From: Polyangiaceae bacterium | GTDB lineage: Bacteria; Myxococcota_A; Polyangia; Polyangiales; Polyangiaceae | Direction of reading: 5' to 3' | Length of the DNA stretch: 64,000 nt | Assembly: GCA_044376115.1 (NCBI GenBank) | Contig: JBILLK010000003.1 | Location: forward strand, 96,001-160,000 | In this document: piece after piece, positions 9,567-19,117 of the stretch | How the letters are laid out: every line of letters starts with the position of its first letter | Position numbering within the stretch: the first letter of the stretch is position 1 | The notes under the pieces: generated by a model | The model's database searches: none | What the model was told of the DNA's origin: nothing | Seen by the model: only the letters and a program-made list of their open reading frames with translations | Position numbers and translations under genes: made by a program

Positions 9567-10307
9567 TTAGCGGACCGCCGAAACCCGCGCAGTTGCGTCT
9601 CGCCAGCGCCGCACAACCTCGTAAAGCTCCCCCAAGTTTTCGAGGATTACGTCAGGTTTGGCAGCGACCAGACGCTCTCGAGGGGTGTACCCGGAGGCAA
9701 TTCCGACCACTCTACAACCCGCTCGGCGGGCAGCTTCGACGTCCTGCGGGCCATCCCCGACCATCACCAACGACGCGGCTCCTACGTCCAACTTCGCCGC
9801 CAATGCTAGTAAAGGGCTGGCCGACGGTTTTTTCTCCGGCCCGTCACCCCCAGCATAAATCGCTCGAAAGCGGGTCCTGACGCCGAGCCTCGCGAGGATG
9901 GCGTCCGTCACTCGACGGTCCTTGTTGGTGCATAGACAGATCGGCAAATCGAGCTCGGTGATCTTGTCGAGGATTGATGGCGCGCCTTCCACCCACTTAC
10001 TGAAGTCAGTGGGGTGGTCCACGTAATAGTTGAGGAACGCGTCGAGCAAGCTGTCGAGCTCCGCATCCGCCTCTGAAAGGCGCGATGCTCTCGCCAACAA
10101 GGTTCGTGCGCCGTCGCCCACGAACGTGGCGATGGTGCTCGCTGGTAACGCCCTGCGTCCGGAGCTCAGAAGTGAATGGTTGACGGCCGCCGCGATGTCC
10201 CCGCGGCTGTCGATCAGGGTGCCATCAAGATCGAAGACAACCGCGCCTATCGAGAACTCTCGAGGTTTGGCTTGCGAGTCAGATAACAAATCGCGAGAGC
10301 TAGCCAT
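9567..10307 (-). CDS. HAD-IA hydrolase, phosphoglycolate phosphatase-like
   Basis: Motif I FDLDGTLIDS, CTNK, KKPS, motif IV MVGDGPQDVEAARRAG. Confidence 0.88.
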   Translation of the reverse strand: MASSRDLLSDSQAKPREFSIGAVVFDLDGTLIDSRGDIAAAVNHSLLSSGRRALPASTIATFVGDGARTLLARASRLSEADAELDSLLDAFLNYYVDHPTDFSKWVEGAPSILDKITELDLPICLCTNKDRRVTDAILARLGVRTRFRAIYAGGDGPEKKPSASPLLALAAKLDVGAASLVMVGDGPQDVEAARRAGCRVVGIASGYTPRERLVAAKPDVILENLGELYEVVRRWRDATARVSAVR

Positions 10308-10370
10308 CCGCAAAGGCGACCATAGCCGAGCAGACACCAGAAAGGCACCGTTTGTAGGAAGCGGCGGGCC

Positions 10371-12641
10371 TCACTTGCGCTTGCCAGTAACCTTGACTTC
10401 GCGCAACCGTGCCTTGGTGGCGGCGTAGCGTTCCTTCATCTCGCGCAGTCGTTGCTTGTCGGTATCCGCAAGATTTTGCGTTTCACCCTGATCCGCGGCC
10501 AGATCATAGAGATCAAAGCGAGATTCCCCCGAAACGGTCAGTTTGAGATCGCCATGATAGAGCGCCCGCCGCGCGTCGTTGTACGGCCCTGCCGGCATGT
10601 CTACGAGCACGTCGCGCGCTGCCGGGTCTGTCGCGAGCAGCACGTCGGGCAGCAGGCTCAAGCCGGACAAGAAGTTGGTGGATTCCCCTTCGGGCTTCGG
10701 AGCGGGAACCTTCATCAACTCGAGAATCGTCGGAACGAGGTCGATCAGGCTCCGGCGCGTTGAAACGCGTTTGGGGGTCATTCCCGGAATCGCTACGATC
10801 AGGGGAACATTGACCAGCGGCTCCCAAATCTCGAAGCCGTGCCGATACATGTTGTGTTCACCGAACGCCTCTCCGTGATCGCTGGTGAGGATCACGGCCG
10901 TGCGCTTCCCCCAAGGGGCCTTCTCGACGGCGTCGAGGACACGACCGATCTGCTGATCGGTGTAGGCCACCTCTCCGTCATAGAGATCGCGAGGATTGTT
11001 GCCAAAGTCGATGCCCTCGTGTCGAAGGTAATCTGCGTGTGGATCGAGGTAATGCATCCACAAGAAGAACCGCCCCTTGGTGTTCTCCTCTCGCGACAGC
11101 AGCTCGAGCGCAGCGTCGGTCATCGGTCCGCCGGCCGACTTGGTATCGACGTCCCACGGTGCGTCCTTGGAGGGAGCCGCGCTGAAGTCGCGAACTGCGA
11201 ACCCGCGCTCTAAACCACCGAAATCGTCAAAGTAGCGATGCCCGTGAACGGCGAGCGTGCGGACCCCAGCGCTTTGCAGCCGTTCGGCAAGAAACGTGTC
11301 TTGTTCCGTGAACTTGTTGAAGTGGCCCCAATTCCGATTGGTCTCACTACCGTACTTTCCAATCAGCATCGGACCGATGCTTTTCCCGGTGTAGCTCGCC
11401 AACGAGTACGCCCGCTCGAACACGGCGCCGCGAGCTGCCAGCGCGTCGATGTTCGGAGAAACGGGGCGCTTGTACCCGGAAAAACCGAGATCCGCACGGA
11501 GTGTGTCCACCGTGATTAGGATCACGTTTAGGTTCGCCGGTACGAGCGATGCGTCGACTGCCTCCACCTTGGGAGCCTCCGACAGGAGATCCAAGACTTT
11601 CTTGGTCAAGTCGGCGCCCGAACAGTCCTCGTCGATCCCGTTGTCGATGACCTCTTCGGCATCGGGCCTGATCGCGGGGTTTTTGTCATCGCAGTCCCCA
11701 CCGCCGAACGCCGCAGCAAAGCCGTCGCCATCACGGTCCGCCGTCTTGCGGTAGATCGGGAGTGTGAGCCTGGCCAGCGGACTACCGCGTTCAACCGCTT
11801 GTGCTAACGCCGGAAAGGTCTCGAGCGAGGCGCCGGCTTTGCTCAGCAGCACGGTTGGTAGGGCTGCGCACCATAGCGTGAGTAGTCCGAGGACGAGGCG
11901 CGGCAGTGTTCGCGGCGGCCTTCGAATACTCTGGCTACGCGCGCCGATCACCAACAGCGCTGCTAGCTCCAAGGGGGCGCGGAGGTCGAGTTCGGGCCGC
12001 TTGAAGATGCCGAAGATGCCGAAAATCCCGCCTTCTCCGGAAACCGAGCCGGTGGTCATGCCAACCACGAACAACCCCAGCACAAGCACCGCTGCCATGC
12101 CCCCTGTCACGACGGGATCCACCCAGAATGCCTGCCGTTCAGCCATCGTCGCCAGGCCACGACGCACAGGCGGTACCAGCGCAAAAGCTGCAAGCACGCA
12201 GAGTAGCCCCAACAACAGGCTGAGCGCCGCGAGCGCCGTCCCCGCCGTTTGCCCTGTGACCGGCAGGCCAAGAATGCTTCGGGCGGCGTAGGCCGCGAAG
12301 GTTGTCCAGAGAAAGGCGCTCAGCACCAGCAGTGGCGTGAACGCCGCAACGTCGGCTTGTCGGCCTACTGAAAACCGTCGCAGTCGCGAGGCATAAAGCG
12401 TGATCGAAGGAGGCTCTTCGGGTTCGAGCCACAACAGGGAGAGCCCCCAAATCAACCCGAGTACGAGCCCAAGCGGCGCAAGCAATCCGAGCGTCGTCGC
12501 AAACGTGGTCCCGCGATTCGGAACGCCGACGCCGCCCGCTGCGCGCGCCCAAAGCATCTCGAGGCCCGATAGGACCACAACACCAAGCATGGTCCCGGTG
12601 ATTGAGGACGCGACCCTACGAAACCCCTCCGCTGCTCTCAT
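10371..12641 (-). CDS. Multi-TM sulfatase-like hydrolase/transferase with MopE-type metal-binding motif
   Basis: N-terminal TMs; DRDGDGF...DCDD...PDAEEVIDNGIDEDCSGAD; alkaline-phosphatase-superfamily core NVILITVDTLRAD, HYLDPH, YDGEV, TSDHGEAFGEH, DLVPTILEL. Confidence 0.88.
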   Translation of the reverse strand: MRAAEGFRRVASSITGTMLGVVVLSGLEMLWARAAGGVGVPNRGTTFATTLGLLAPLGLVLGLIWGLSLLWLEPEEPPSITLYASRLRRFSVGRQADVAAFTPLLVLSAFLWTTFAAYAARSILGLPVTGQTAGTALAALSLLLGLLCVLAAFALVPPVRRGLATMAERQAFWVDPVVTGGMAAVLVLGLFVVGMTTGSVSGEGGIFGIFGIFKRPELDLRAPLELAALLVIGARSQSIRRPPRTLPRLVLGLLTLWCAALPTVLLSKAGASLETFPALAQAVERGSPLARLTLPIYRKTADRDGDGFAAAFGGGDCDDKNPAIRPDAEEVIDNGIDEDCSGADLTKKVLDLLSEAPKVEAVDASLVPANLNVILITVDTLRADLGFSGYKRPVSPNIDALAARGAVFERAYSLASYTGKSIGPMLIGKYGSETNRNWGHFNKFTEQDTFLAERLQSAGVRTLAVHGHRYFDDFGGLERGFAVRDFSAAPSKDAPWDVDTKSAGGPMTDAALELLSREENTKGRFFLWMHYLDPHADYLRHEGIDFGNNPRDLYDGEVAYTDQQIGRVLDAVEKAPWGKRTAVILTSDHGEAFGEHNMYRHGFEIWEPLVNVPLIVAIPGMTPKRVSTRRSLIDLVPTILELMKVPAPKPEGESTNFLSGLSLLPDVLLATDPAARDVLVDMPAGPYNDARRALYHGDLKLTVSGESRFDLYDLAADQGETQNLADTDKQRLREMKERYAATKARLREVKVTGKRK

Positions 12642-13597
12642 GCGTCTTGCTTTTCGGCTTTTTCGCTGTCCCGGGCTAACGGGTGCGCATTGTCATAGAC
12701 CCGTAAGATGTGGTCCATCGACACGTGGGTGTACTGTTGGGTTGTCGCAAGACTGGCGTGGCCAAGCATCTCTTGGATGGCTCGCAGATCCGCGCCACCT
12801 TCCAGCATGTGGGTGGCACAGGTGTGTCGAAGTCCGTGCGGAACCAAGTCTGCTCGACCACATAGGGTGCCGTACTTCTTGACGGCCCTCTCGACCGCGC
12901 GCACACCGAGCCGCTTGCCGCGGGCCGAGACGAACATGGCCTGACCAGCCTCGCCGGTAGCAGACAGACCGGGCCGAGCCTCTGCGAGGTAGCTCTGCAG
13001 GGAGGCGACGGCCTTGCTGCCAAGCGGCACAGAACGCTCCTTCGAACCTTTGCCGACCACGCGCACCGAGCCGCTCTGCAAGTCAAAATCACCGACATTG
13101 GCGTTCGTGAGTTCGGACACTCGCAAGCCACTTCCGTAGAGCACCTCGACGACGGCGCGGTCTCGTATGCCAGCGAGCGTCTCCGCGTCTGGCGTGGTCA
13201 TCAACTCGGCGGCCGTGTCGACGTTGAGAACGGACGGCAGCCGCCGCTTGCCGCGCGGTAAAGCCAGCATCGCGGCGGGATTCTTGGCAGCAAGCCCATG
13301 TCGCTCGGCGTAGCGAAAGAACGCACGGATGGCCGCGACCTTCCGCGCCACGGTGCTCGGCTTGCTGTGCGCGAGGATGTGGCCGAGAAATGAGCGCAAG
13401 AAGAGCAGGTCAACCTCCGCCGTCGTGCGCGGGCCGTGCGCTTTCTGCTCGGCGAACGCCAGCCACTGCGCGAGGTCTCGTTCGTAGGCAAGGCAGGTGT
13501 TGAGCGCAGCGCGTCGCTCGCCGCGCAGCGACTGAAGGAAGGCCGTCACGTCTCGTGAGAGCGCAGAGCGTTCTTCGGCGGTTCTTGCCAACGGCAC
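12638..13597 (-). CDS. xerC: Tyrosine recombinase XerC
   Basis: STVARKVAAIRAFF, RDRAVVEVLYGSGLRVSEL, GKGSKER, PHGLRHTCATHMLEGGADLRAIQEMLGHASLATTQQYTHVS (R-K-H-R-H-Y intact). Confidence 0.88.
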   Translation of the reverse strand: MPLARTAEERSALSRDVTAFLQSLRGERRAALNTCLAYERDLAQWLAFAEQKAHGPRTTAEVDLLFLRSFLGHILAHSKPSTVARKVAAIRAFFRYAERHGLAAKNPAAMLALPRGKRRLPSVLNVDTAAELMTTPDAETLAGIRDRAVVEVLYGSGLRVSELTNANVGDFDLQSGSVRVVGKGSKERSVPLGSKAVASLQSYLAEARPGLSATGEAGQAMFVSARGKRLGVRAVERAVKKYGTLCGRADLVPHGLRHTCATHMLEGGADLRAIQEMLGHASLATTQQYTHVSMDHILRVYDNAHPLARDSEKAEKQDA

Positions 13598-13647
13598 GTC
13601 CAAGCGCGTAGCACCCGCGCCGCGGCGCGGAAAGTTTTGATAAGCCC

Positions 13648-14274
13648 TCAAGCAAGCAAGAGCGCGGCTAAATAAGCAAGTGTTCCCAAGAGCGTGATGG
13701 CTAGGCCTGGGGCGGCGCGCTTCCACGCGATTCGGCCGGTATCGTCAAGCCCACGTCGGAGCAGGAGGAGCAACCCAAGAATTGCCCCGCCAAAGCTGCC
13801 GGCGAGCACGTAGCGCAGATAGGCCAGGTCATCGCTCGTCGCCTTCGTCGGGGGAGTTTCGCGCTCGATAGCGTCAACGTTTGGCGGCGAAAGTTCTTTC
13901 AGTTTGGCTTCCACCCTGGCCACCGCTTCTTCTGCCGCCTGAGCCTCAACCCGGTGAGGGGTCAACACCCAGCGCGTTGCGTGCGAGGCGTTGGAAATGC
14001 TGCGATACGCAGCTAGGGCGACCTGCCAGTTGCGTCGCTTCTCGGCCTCCTCTCCGATCGCTTTGAGTCGTGCGTAAGCGACCCTTACGTGTGGGGCTCC
14101 GGGTACGTACCAAAGCGCAGCTGCACGGGCATGCGCGACGGCGCCGGCCGCATCCCCCGCTTCGAGCGCACTGGTGCTAAGTGCGATTTCGCGCTCGCCG
14201 CCTAGCGTCGCTCGTAGCGTTATGCCGCAGAGGAGCAGCACGAGCACGAGCATGGCTCGAAGGGCTGTTCTCAC
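13648..14274 (-). CDS. Hypothetical membrane protein (helical, TPR-like middle; three TMs)
   Basis: GTG overlaps the upstream stop (GTGA). Hydrophobic N-terminus and two C-terminal TMs; AALWYVPGAPHV motif. Confidence 0.7.
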   Translation of the reverse strand: MRTALRAMLVLVLLLCGITLRATLGGEREIALSTSALEAGDAAGAVAHARAAALWYVPGAPHVRVAYARLKAIGEEAEKRRNWQVALAAYRSISNASHATRWVLTPHRVEAQAAEEAVARVEAKLKELSPPNVDAIERETPPTKATSDDLAYLRYVLAGSFGGAILGLLLLLRRGLDDTGRIAWKRAAPGLAITLLGTLAYLAALLLA

Positions 14275-15203
14275 AAGAAGTCGCGACGGCGGAAAACGAT
14301 GACAGCGAGCGATAAGAAGCCAAGCGTCCATGCGAGCGAGAGACCAGAAGACATCAGCAGGTATTGGGTGCGATCGATGTCGAGTGCCTCGCCAGTCAAG
14401 AAGGGCCTCCTTGGCACGTACACCTGAAGGTTCGGCCAGACCTTGCCCAAAGCCTTCGCAGCGCTAGATATGAACGTCCCAAACACCTTCTTCGAGAATC
14501 GGTCGAACGAGTCGGTGTTGCGCCCGATGATCCAAACCCCGACCGTCAACAACGCTGAAAGAAACGGACTTGAGAAGGAGGACAGCATCGTGGCGCAAGC
14601 TGTAATGATGCTCACCTCAAGCAGTGACAAAAAGGAGGACGTCAGCACCAGCCGGCGCTCGTACGGCGCAACATCAGCCATCATTGTTCCCAGCACCAAC
14701 AGCGCGATCGCGAAAGGAATCGGTCCGAAGGTTCGAGCCCAGGGCACCCGCCACGCGAGAACCCCGAACGCCGTCAAAACTGCGGCTGCCAAACCTGTTA
14801 CCAGGAGCGCATCTCGGCCGGCCAATAGTGACAAAAGCGAAAGCACGAGCCCGGTATCCGCAGCGATGAAGACGAAGACGGTCAACAGGGTGCCACCAAA
14901 TTTCCCAATGACGTACTCACCTCGCGTGATCGGGCGAGCCAGAATAGGAAAGATGGTCTTCTGCTCGAGCTCTCGATACAGGCTGGTCGCGCCGATTACG
15001 ATCGAGACAGCGATGCTGAAGATTGAGATCGTGGCAGCGCCAAGGTCGGCGACTACACGGGGCGCATTGTCCAGCGTGAAGCTACCGATGACGAGCGAGA
15101 AGACCGACACTGTGAAAGCCACGCCAGCCAAGCCAAGCAGCACGCGCGCGCGCACGGCCTCTCGGTATGCGTTCATGGCGATCGTCCAAATGCGGAGCCA
15201 CAT
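14271..15203 (-). CDS. ABC-2 type transporter permease (PilI-like)
   Basis: IAMNAYREAVRAR, LYRELEQKTIFPILARPITRGEYVIGKFGG, C-terminal FRRRDF; multiple TMs. Confidence 0.85.
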   Translation of the reverse strand: MWLRIWTIAMNAYREAVRARVLLGLAGVAFTVSVFSLVIGSFTLDNAPRVVADLGAATISIFSIAVSIVIGATSLYRELEQKTIFPILARPITRGEYVIGKFGGTLLTVFVFIAADTGLVLSLLSLLAGRDALLVTGLAAAVLTAFGVLAWRVPWARTFGPIPFAIALLVLGTMMADVAPYERRLVLTSSFLSLLEVSIITACATMLSSFSSPFLSALLTVGVWIIGRNTDSFDRFSKKVFGTFISSAAKALGKVWPNLQVYVPRRPFLTGEALDIDRTQYLLMSSGLSLAWTLGFLSLAVIVFRRRDFL

Positions 15204-15230
15204 GCGGCGGACTTTACCACGGGTCTCGTC

Positions 15231-16058
15231 GTGACGTGCCACCACACGGCGGACGCTGCCAAGCTGCTTGCAGGGCGCCGGGCTGCGGTGTTGAGCGGGG
15301 CGGGCCTCAGCACTGAAAGTGGCATCCCGGACTATCGGGGGCCAGGTACACGAATGCGAGCGCGCAGCCCGATTCAGCATCGGGAGTTCGTCGCCAAAGA
15401 GTCGGTTCGTCGTCGGTATTGGGCGCGCTCCTTTGCCGCGTATGACCGCTTCTGGAGCGCCCAGCCCAACGCAGGTCACCACGCTGTTAGCACGCTTCAG
15501 CGCAATGGCCTCGTCGGTCCGATCATCACTCAGAACGTCGACGGCCTTCACCAAGCTGCGGGGGCCGCAGACGTGATTGAGCTTCACGGCACCCTGTCTC
15601 AAGTGAAGTGTTTGGACTGCGACCTTCGAGAGACGCGCAAAGCACTGCAGGAGCGACTACGCGAGCTCAACGGAGGCGCCGAGAATGTCGGCCTCCAGCC
15701 CGATGGTGATGCTGAGGTTACGGAAGAGAGCTACGCAAAGTTTGTGACGGTTGGCTGTAGCTCTTGCGGCGGGATTCTCAAGCCAACCGTGGTTTTCTTC
15801 GGGGACAACGTTCCTCGACCCGTTGTCGATGCCGCCTTTGCTGGCGTGGATCAGTCGGATGCGCTGCTGTTGCTCGGCACGTCGCTAGCCGTCTTCTCGG
15901 GCTATCGCTTCCTTCTGCGAGCCCATGAGCGCAAGCTACCGATCGTAGCGATCAACCTCGGTGAGATGCGTGGCGCGGAGCTATGCGATGTGCTCGTCGC
16001 GCAGCCGCTAGGGGCTGCGTTGGGCGAGCTGTCGGACTTGTTGGTGAGCGCCAAGTAG
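15231..16058 (+). CDS. NAD-dependent protein deacylase, sirtuin class II (SIRT4-like)
   Basis: GAGLSTESGIPDYRG, RRRYWARS, QPNAGH, ITQNVDGLHQAAG, ELHG, CxxC...CxxC, LKPTVVFFGDNV, GTSLAVFSGYRF. Confidence 0.93.
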   Translation: MTCHHTADAAKLLAGRRAAVLSGAGLSTESGIPDYRGPGTRMRARSPIQHREFVAKESVRRRYWARSFAAYDRFWSAQPNAGHHAVSTLQRNGLVGPIITQNVDGLHQAAGAADVIELHGTLSQVKCLDCDLRETRKALQERLRELNGGAENVGLQPDGDAEVTEESYAKFVTVGCSSCGGILKPTVVFFGDNVPRPVVDAAFAGVDQSDALLLLGTSLAVFSGYRFLLRAHERKLPIVAINLGEMRGAELCDVLVAQPLGAALGELSDLLVSAK

Positions 16059-16063
16059 CGCGC

Positions 16064-16915
16064 TCAATCCATCAAGAGTGCCAAGGTGGTTCCGCCGCCG
16101 ATCAAGATCAGTTCCGTGATGATCAACGCTACGCCGCCCGCCGAATCGAACGACTTCGGGTTGTCATCACCAAGTAACAGGTAGCCACCGCCAATCGCGA
16201 TGCCCGACGCGAGCGTGACCGTGCCGACGACGGTGAGGATGGTCAACGGGTCGGTGAAGTTGGTCGTAGCGCGCGCGGGCGCGCCCTTCCCAACCACCGG
16301 GTCACGTGGGTCGACTTCACCAGCTTTCAGCGTGCGGGTGAAAGGTACCCTTACTCGCAGCTGACGTTTCTCTGCGTCGATCGTCAGTTCTTCCAGCGCA
16401 GTGTTGCCTTCGACCGAGGTTGCGGCCACCTGGTGCTCCCCAACCGCGAGTGCGATTGGACGGAGAAGTGCCGCGCTCGTCGGCAAGGTTTCACCGTCGA
16501 GCACCACGCTTGCGGGGACTTCGACGAAGTCGAAGGTTACGGCGGAGTACTCTTCGAAGATGGCCACCGACGTGCGTTGCCAAGCCACGTACTCGTCGCT
16601 GTAGTCGGCATGGTCGGTGGCAAGCCAGTACCACGCGCTTGCCAAGTCCGGACGCTCGAGAAGGCGGTAGACCTTCATCGCCCCCGCAGCCGAACGCCAG
16701 TTGGGAGCATCGCGAAAGCTCTGGTCGTATTGCGTCAGCGCCGCGCGGAGCAGCTGCGAGCGCTCGGTCGCCGAGTTGGATTTCAGCGCGCGAGCTACCT
16801 CGCGATCGATCTCCGCCACCGCCTCGAGGTCATCCGCTTCCCCATTGGTTTGGGCGATCGCCTGCGTCGAACCGACGACCACCAGCCCAAGCACGAGAGC
16901 GCGAAGGAGCCTCAC
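16064..16915 (-). CDS. Exported hypothetical protein with helical region, PEGA-like beta domain and C-terminal TMs
   Basis: Signal peptide; PASVVLDG...IALAVGEHQVAA PEGA-like segment. GTGA coupling with the upstream lipoprotein. Confidence 0.7.
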   Translation of the reverse strand: MRLLRALVLGLVVVGSTQAIAQTNGEADDLEAVAEIDREVARALKSNSATERSQLLRAALTQYDQSFRDAPNWRSAAGAMKVYRLLERPDLASAWYWLATDHADYSDEYVAWQRTSVAIFEEYSAVTFDFVEVPASVVLDGETLPTSAALLRPIALAVGEHQVAATSVEGNTALEELTIDAEKRQLRVRVPFTRTLKAGEVDPRDPVVGKGAPARATTNFTDPLTILTVVGTVTLASGIAIGGGYLLLGDDNPKSFDSAGGVALIITELILIGGGTTLALLMD

Positions 16916-19029
16916 GGCGCCACCACGAATACGTCCAGCGACCATGGGCCGGTGGCCCCAGCCAAGCCATCGACCTGGACGAAATAGGTGCCTGCCTCGA
17001 GCTCCAAGTCGAGGAACGAGGGCACGCTACTAACAGCGGCCGTGCATGCCAGCGGCAGCTCTACGCCAGGGCAATTGGGTCCCTTTCGCACCGAGAGCAT
17101 CGTTGCATAGCCCGAGCCGGACATGTCCAGAACAACCCTGCGAGTTTCGGTCAGAACCAGCTTCAGCAACTGGTCTTTGGCGCCATTCTGAGGCTGACCA
17201 TCCGCGTCACACCCGGCGCTGAAGTCGGCGCTCAGGTTGCTGGTATTGCCTTGGAAGAAGCCACCGCCGCTGGGAATGCTGATGGCGTCGGCACAAGCAT
17301 CGGAGAAGGGAACGAGCTTGGTCGCAGTGTACGGCCGTTGAAATGCGGTCAGTTGCTGGGGCAGCCCCACGAGACTCTCGCTGATCACGCGGTACTCCCC
17401 TGGTGCGAGGTTGCGACGACGTAGTCGCAAGGGGTTGTTGCCGCTGACGGCGCAAGAAAGGATGTCCGCCTCGTTACAGTCGAGGGCGCTGAGGCCGAGC
17501 GCGGCGGAGTCCCCAGGAGACAAGCGGTTCACGAGCAAGAGATCGGTTGGTTCGTCGATCGAGAGGCCATACGCCGCGTCGACCGAGGCCTGAAGACACG
17601 GCAACAGATGGTCGTCTTGCAGCGTTGCATAGTTGATCGCTACGGGGGTCAGCGGCTCGAGCATGGGGGCGCTGGCGCAGGAGTCCTCGCTCGGTGTGGG
17701 GGTCGGCGGGAGCAGCGATACGTTGACGCTGACTTCGGTAGGAGCCGTTGCCGAAACCGCTAAGTAGTAGGAGCCAGCCGGCAGTTCATGGCGATAGAGG
17801 TGCGCCTGTGCGGCGGTGTGACAAGCCAACTCCGCGTCTGCGTTGGTGCATGGGTCCGCGAGCAATGAGAGCGACGGGAAACCGTCATCGTCGGTGCTAA
17901 CTGCATACACCTCGAGGTCTGCTGGCTCGGTCAATTCGAGTGCGTAGACCAGCTCCCCCGTAGCTGCGCCGCACGCCGAATTCTGATCTTCGGCTGCATC
18001 GATCAGGTCGACGAGGAAGGGGCCGCCTACTGCCAGCGTCTGCGCTGTTCCGCACGTTTCGTTGCTGGGCTTGATTGAGCCAGGCTCGAACGAAACGTTC
18101 ACCGCAACCTCGTCGCCCTGCGAGGTCGTCACGTACACTGGGTAGGTGGTATCGGCGGGCAACGAACGCGCCCGCAACTTCGCTACGTTGCCCCCGGCGG
18201 TCGAGGAGAAGTTGCCGCCACACGCAAGCTCCGTCGCGGCATTGCCACACTGTTCCGCGATCGCCGTCGAAAGTTCGGCGGCTTGGGCTCGCGCTCGGAT
18301 CACCACGTCTTGTGGCGGGCCAGCGGGTACGACCACCGCCATGACCACGTCGTTTACCGGGCCAGCGGGGCTGCAGCTGGTTGGGTATTGAGCGGACGCG
18401 CCATAGGTCAGCAGCGCGTAGTTACCGCTCGACTCGACCAACACCGGATCGGCGCAGGTGTCGTTCATCGGCGTAGCGCAGCTGTCTTCATCCACCGAGC
18501 GATCGCAGTTGTCATCGACGTCGTTGGCGCAGACTTCCTCGACCAAAGACGAGACCTCGGGATCCGTCTCGTCGCAGTCTCCGCCGCCACAATGGATGTC
18601 GACGTCATCATCTCCGTCCGCATCGCGAAGCTCGTGAGTGCACGCTTGCGAAGTCTCTACGCAGGTGTCGATGGTGCAGAAGTTCCCGTCGTCGCAACTA
18701 GCTGGTGGCCCAGCGACGCAGCCAAGCTTCTGTGCACACACCTCGGTGCCATCGCAGTGAACGCCGTTGTCACAGGGGGCGTCGTCTGGGCGGAACCGGC
18801 AGCGGTCGAGGCTCTTGTCGCAGGAATCCACCGTGCAATCGATCGAGTCGTCGCATTGGGCATCTTCGACGCAGGGGCCTCCGAGCTCGGGATCGACGCT
18901 GCTGCCCCCCGAGCCACCTAGGCCGCCGACTCCGCCCCCACCCGACGTTACATAAGGGTTCGTCGGCAGGTCCGAGTCACACGCTAGGATGCCCCACAAC
19001 ACGAAAACACAGGTTCCTCGCTTCAGCAT
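16912..19029 (-). CDS. Cys-rich surface lipoprotein with CDDxxxCTxDxC repeats, MopE-type motif and four beta-sandwich repeats
   Basis: Lipobox GILAC; CDDSIDCTVDSC, CDDGNFCTIDTC; DADGD...DCDE...EEVCANDVDDNCD; four domains each starting P-x-x-D/E-x-C. Start 19029 or 19041. Confidence 0.8.
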   Translation of the reverse strand: MLKRGTCVFVLWGILACDSDLPTNPYVTSGGGGVGGLGGSGGSSVDPELGGPCVEDAQCDDSIDCTVDSCDKSLDRCRFRPDDAPCDNGVHCDGTEVCAQKLGCVAGPPASCDDGNFCTIDTCVETSQACTHELRDADGDDDVDIHCGGGDCDETDPEVSSLVEEVCANDVDDNCDRSVDEDSCATPMNDTCADPVLVESSGNYALLTYGASAQYPTSCSPAGPVNDVVMAVVVPAGPPQDVVIRARAQAAELSTAIAEQCGNAATELACGGNFSSTAGGNVAKLRARSLPADTTYPVYVTTSQGDEVAVNVSFEPGSIKPSNETCGTAQTLAVGGPFLVDLIDAAEDQNSACGAATGELVYALELTEPADLEVYAVSTDDDGFPSLSLLADPCTNADAELACHTAAQAHLYRHELPAGSYYLAVSATAPTEVSVNVSLLPPTPTPSEDSCASAPMLEPLTPVAINYATLQDDHLLPCLQASVDAAYGLSIDEPTDLLLVNRLSPGDSAALGLSALDCNEADILSCAVSGNNPLRLRRRNLAPGEYRVISESLVGLPQQLTAFQRPYTATKLVPFSDACADAISIPSGGGFFQGNTSNLSADFSAGCDADGQPQNGAKDQLLKLVLTETRRVVLDMSGSGYATMLSVRKGPNCPGVELPLACTAAVSSVPSFLDLELEAGTYFVQVDGLAGATGPWSLDVFVVAP

Positions 19030-19117
19030 CCTGTGCACCATCGATGGGGAAACTGTAGCAGCTGCGGCTGGCCTCTGGCATCATCTCCACTCCGCGTCCG
19101 TACGAGAAAGAGCCCCA

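Noticed and set aside
12638..13597. Tyrosine recombinase as a prophage or island integrase
   Set aside because: Motifs are those of housekeeping XerC and it overlaps a chromosomal gene. No att repeats, tRNA, phage genes or recognisable dif site were seen.
15204..15602. Long N-terminal extensions in the ORF track (permease; also kinase 9616, xerC 13726, pseudo-HK 18989, aminotransferase 24711, 57851)
   Set aside because: They overlap neighbouring genes and lack domain content; downstream starts were chosen.
15231..16058. Sir2 domain as an anti-phage (Thoeris/DSR) effector
   Set aside because: It is a canonical Zn-binding class II sirtuin with no defence-associated neighbours.
16420..17424. 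334-aa plus-strand ORF, and many similar ORFs such as 23582-24388, 14443-15234 and 18977-19723
   Set aside because: Antisense or alternate-frame shadows of well-supported genes, as expected in high-GC DNA.
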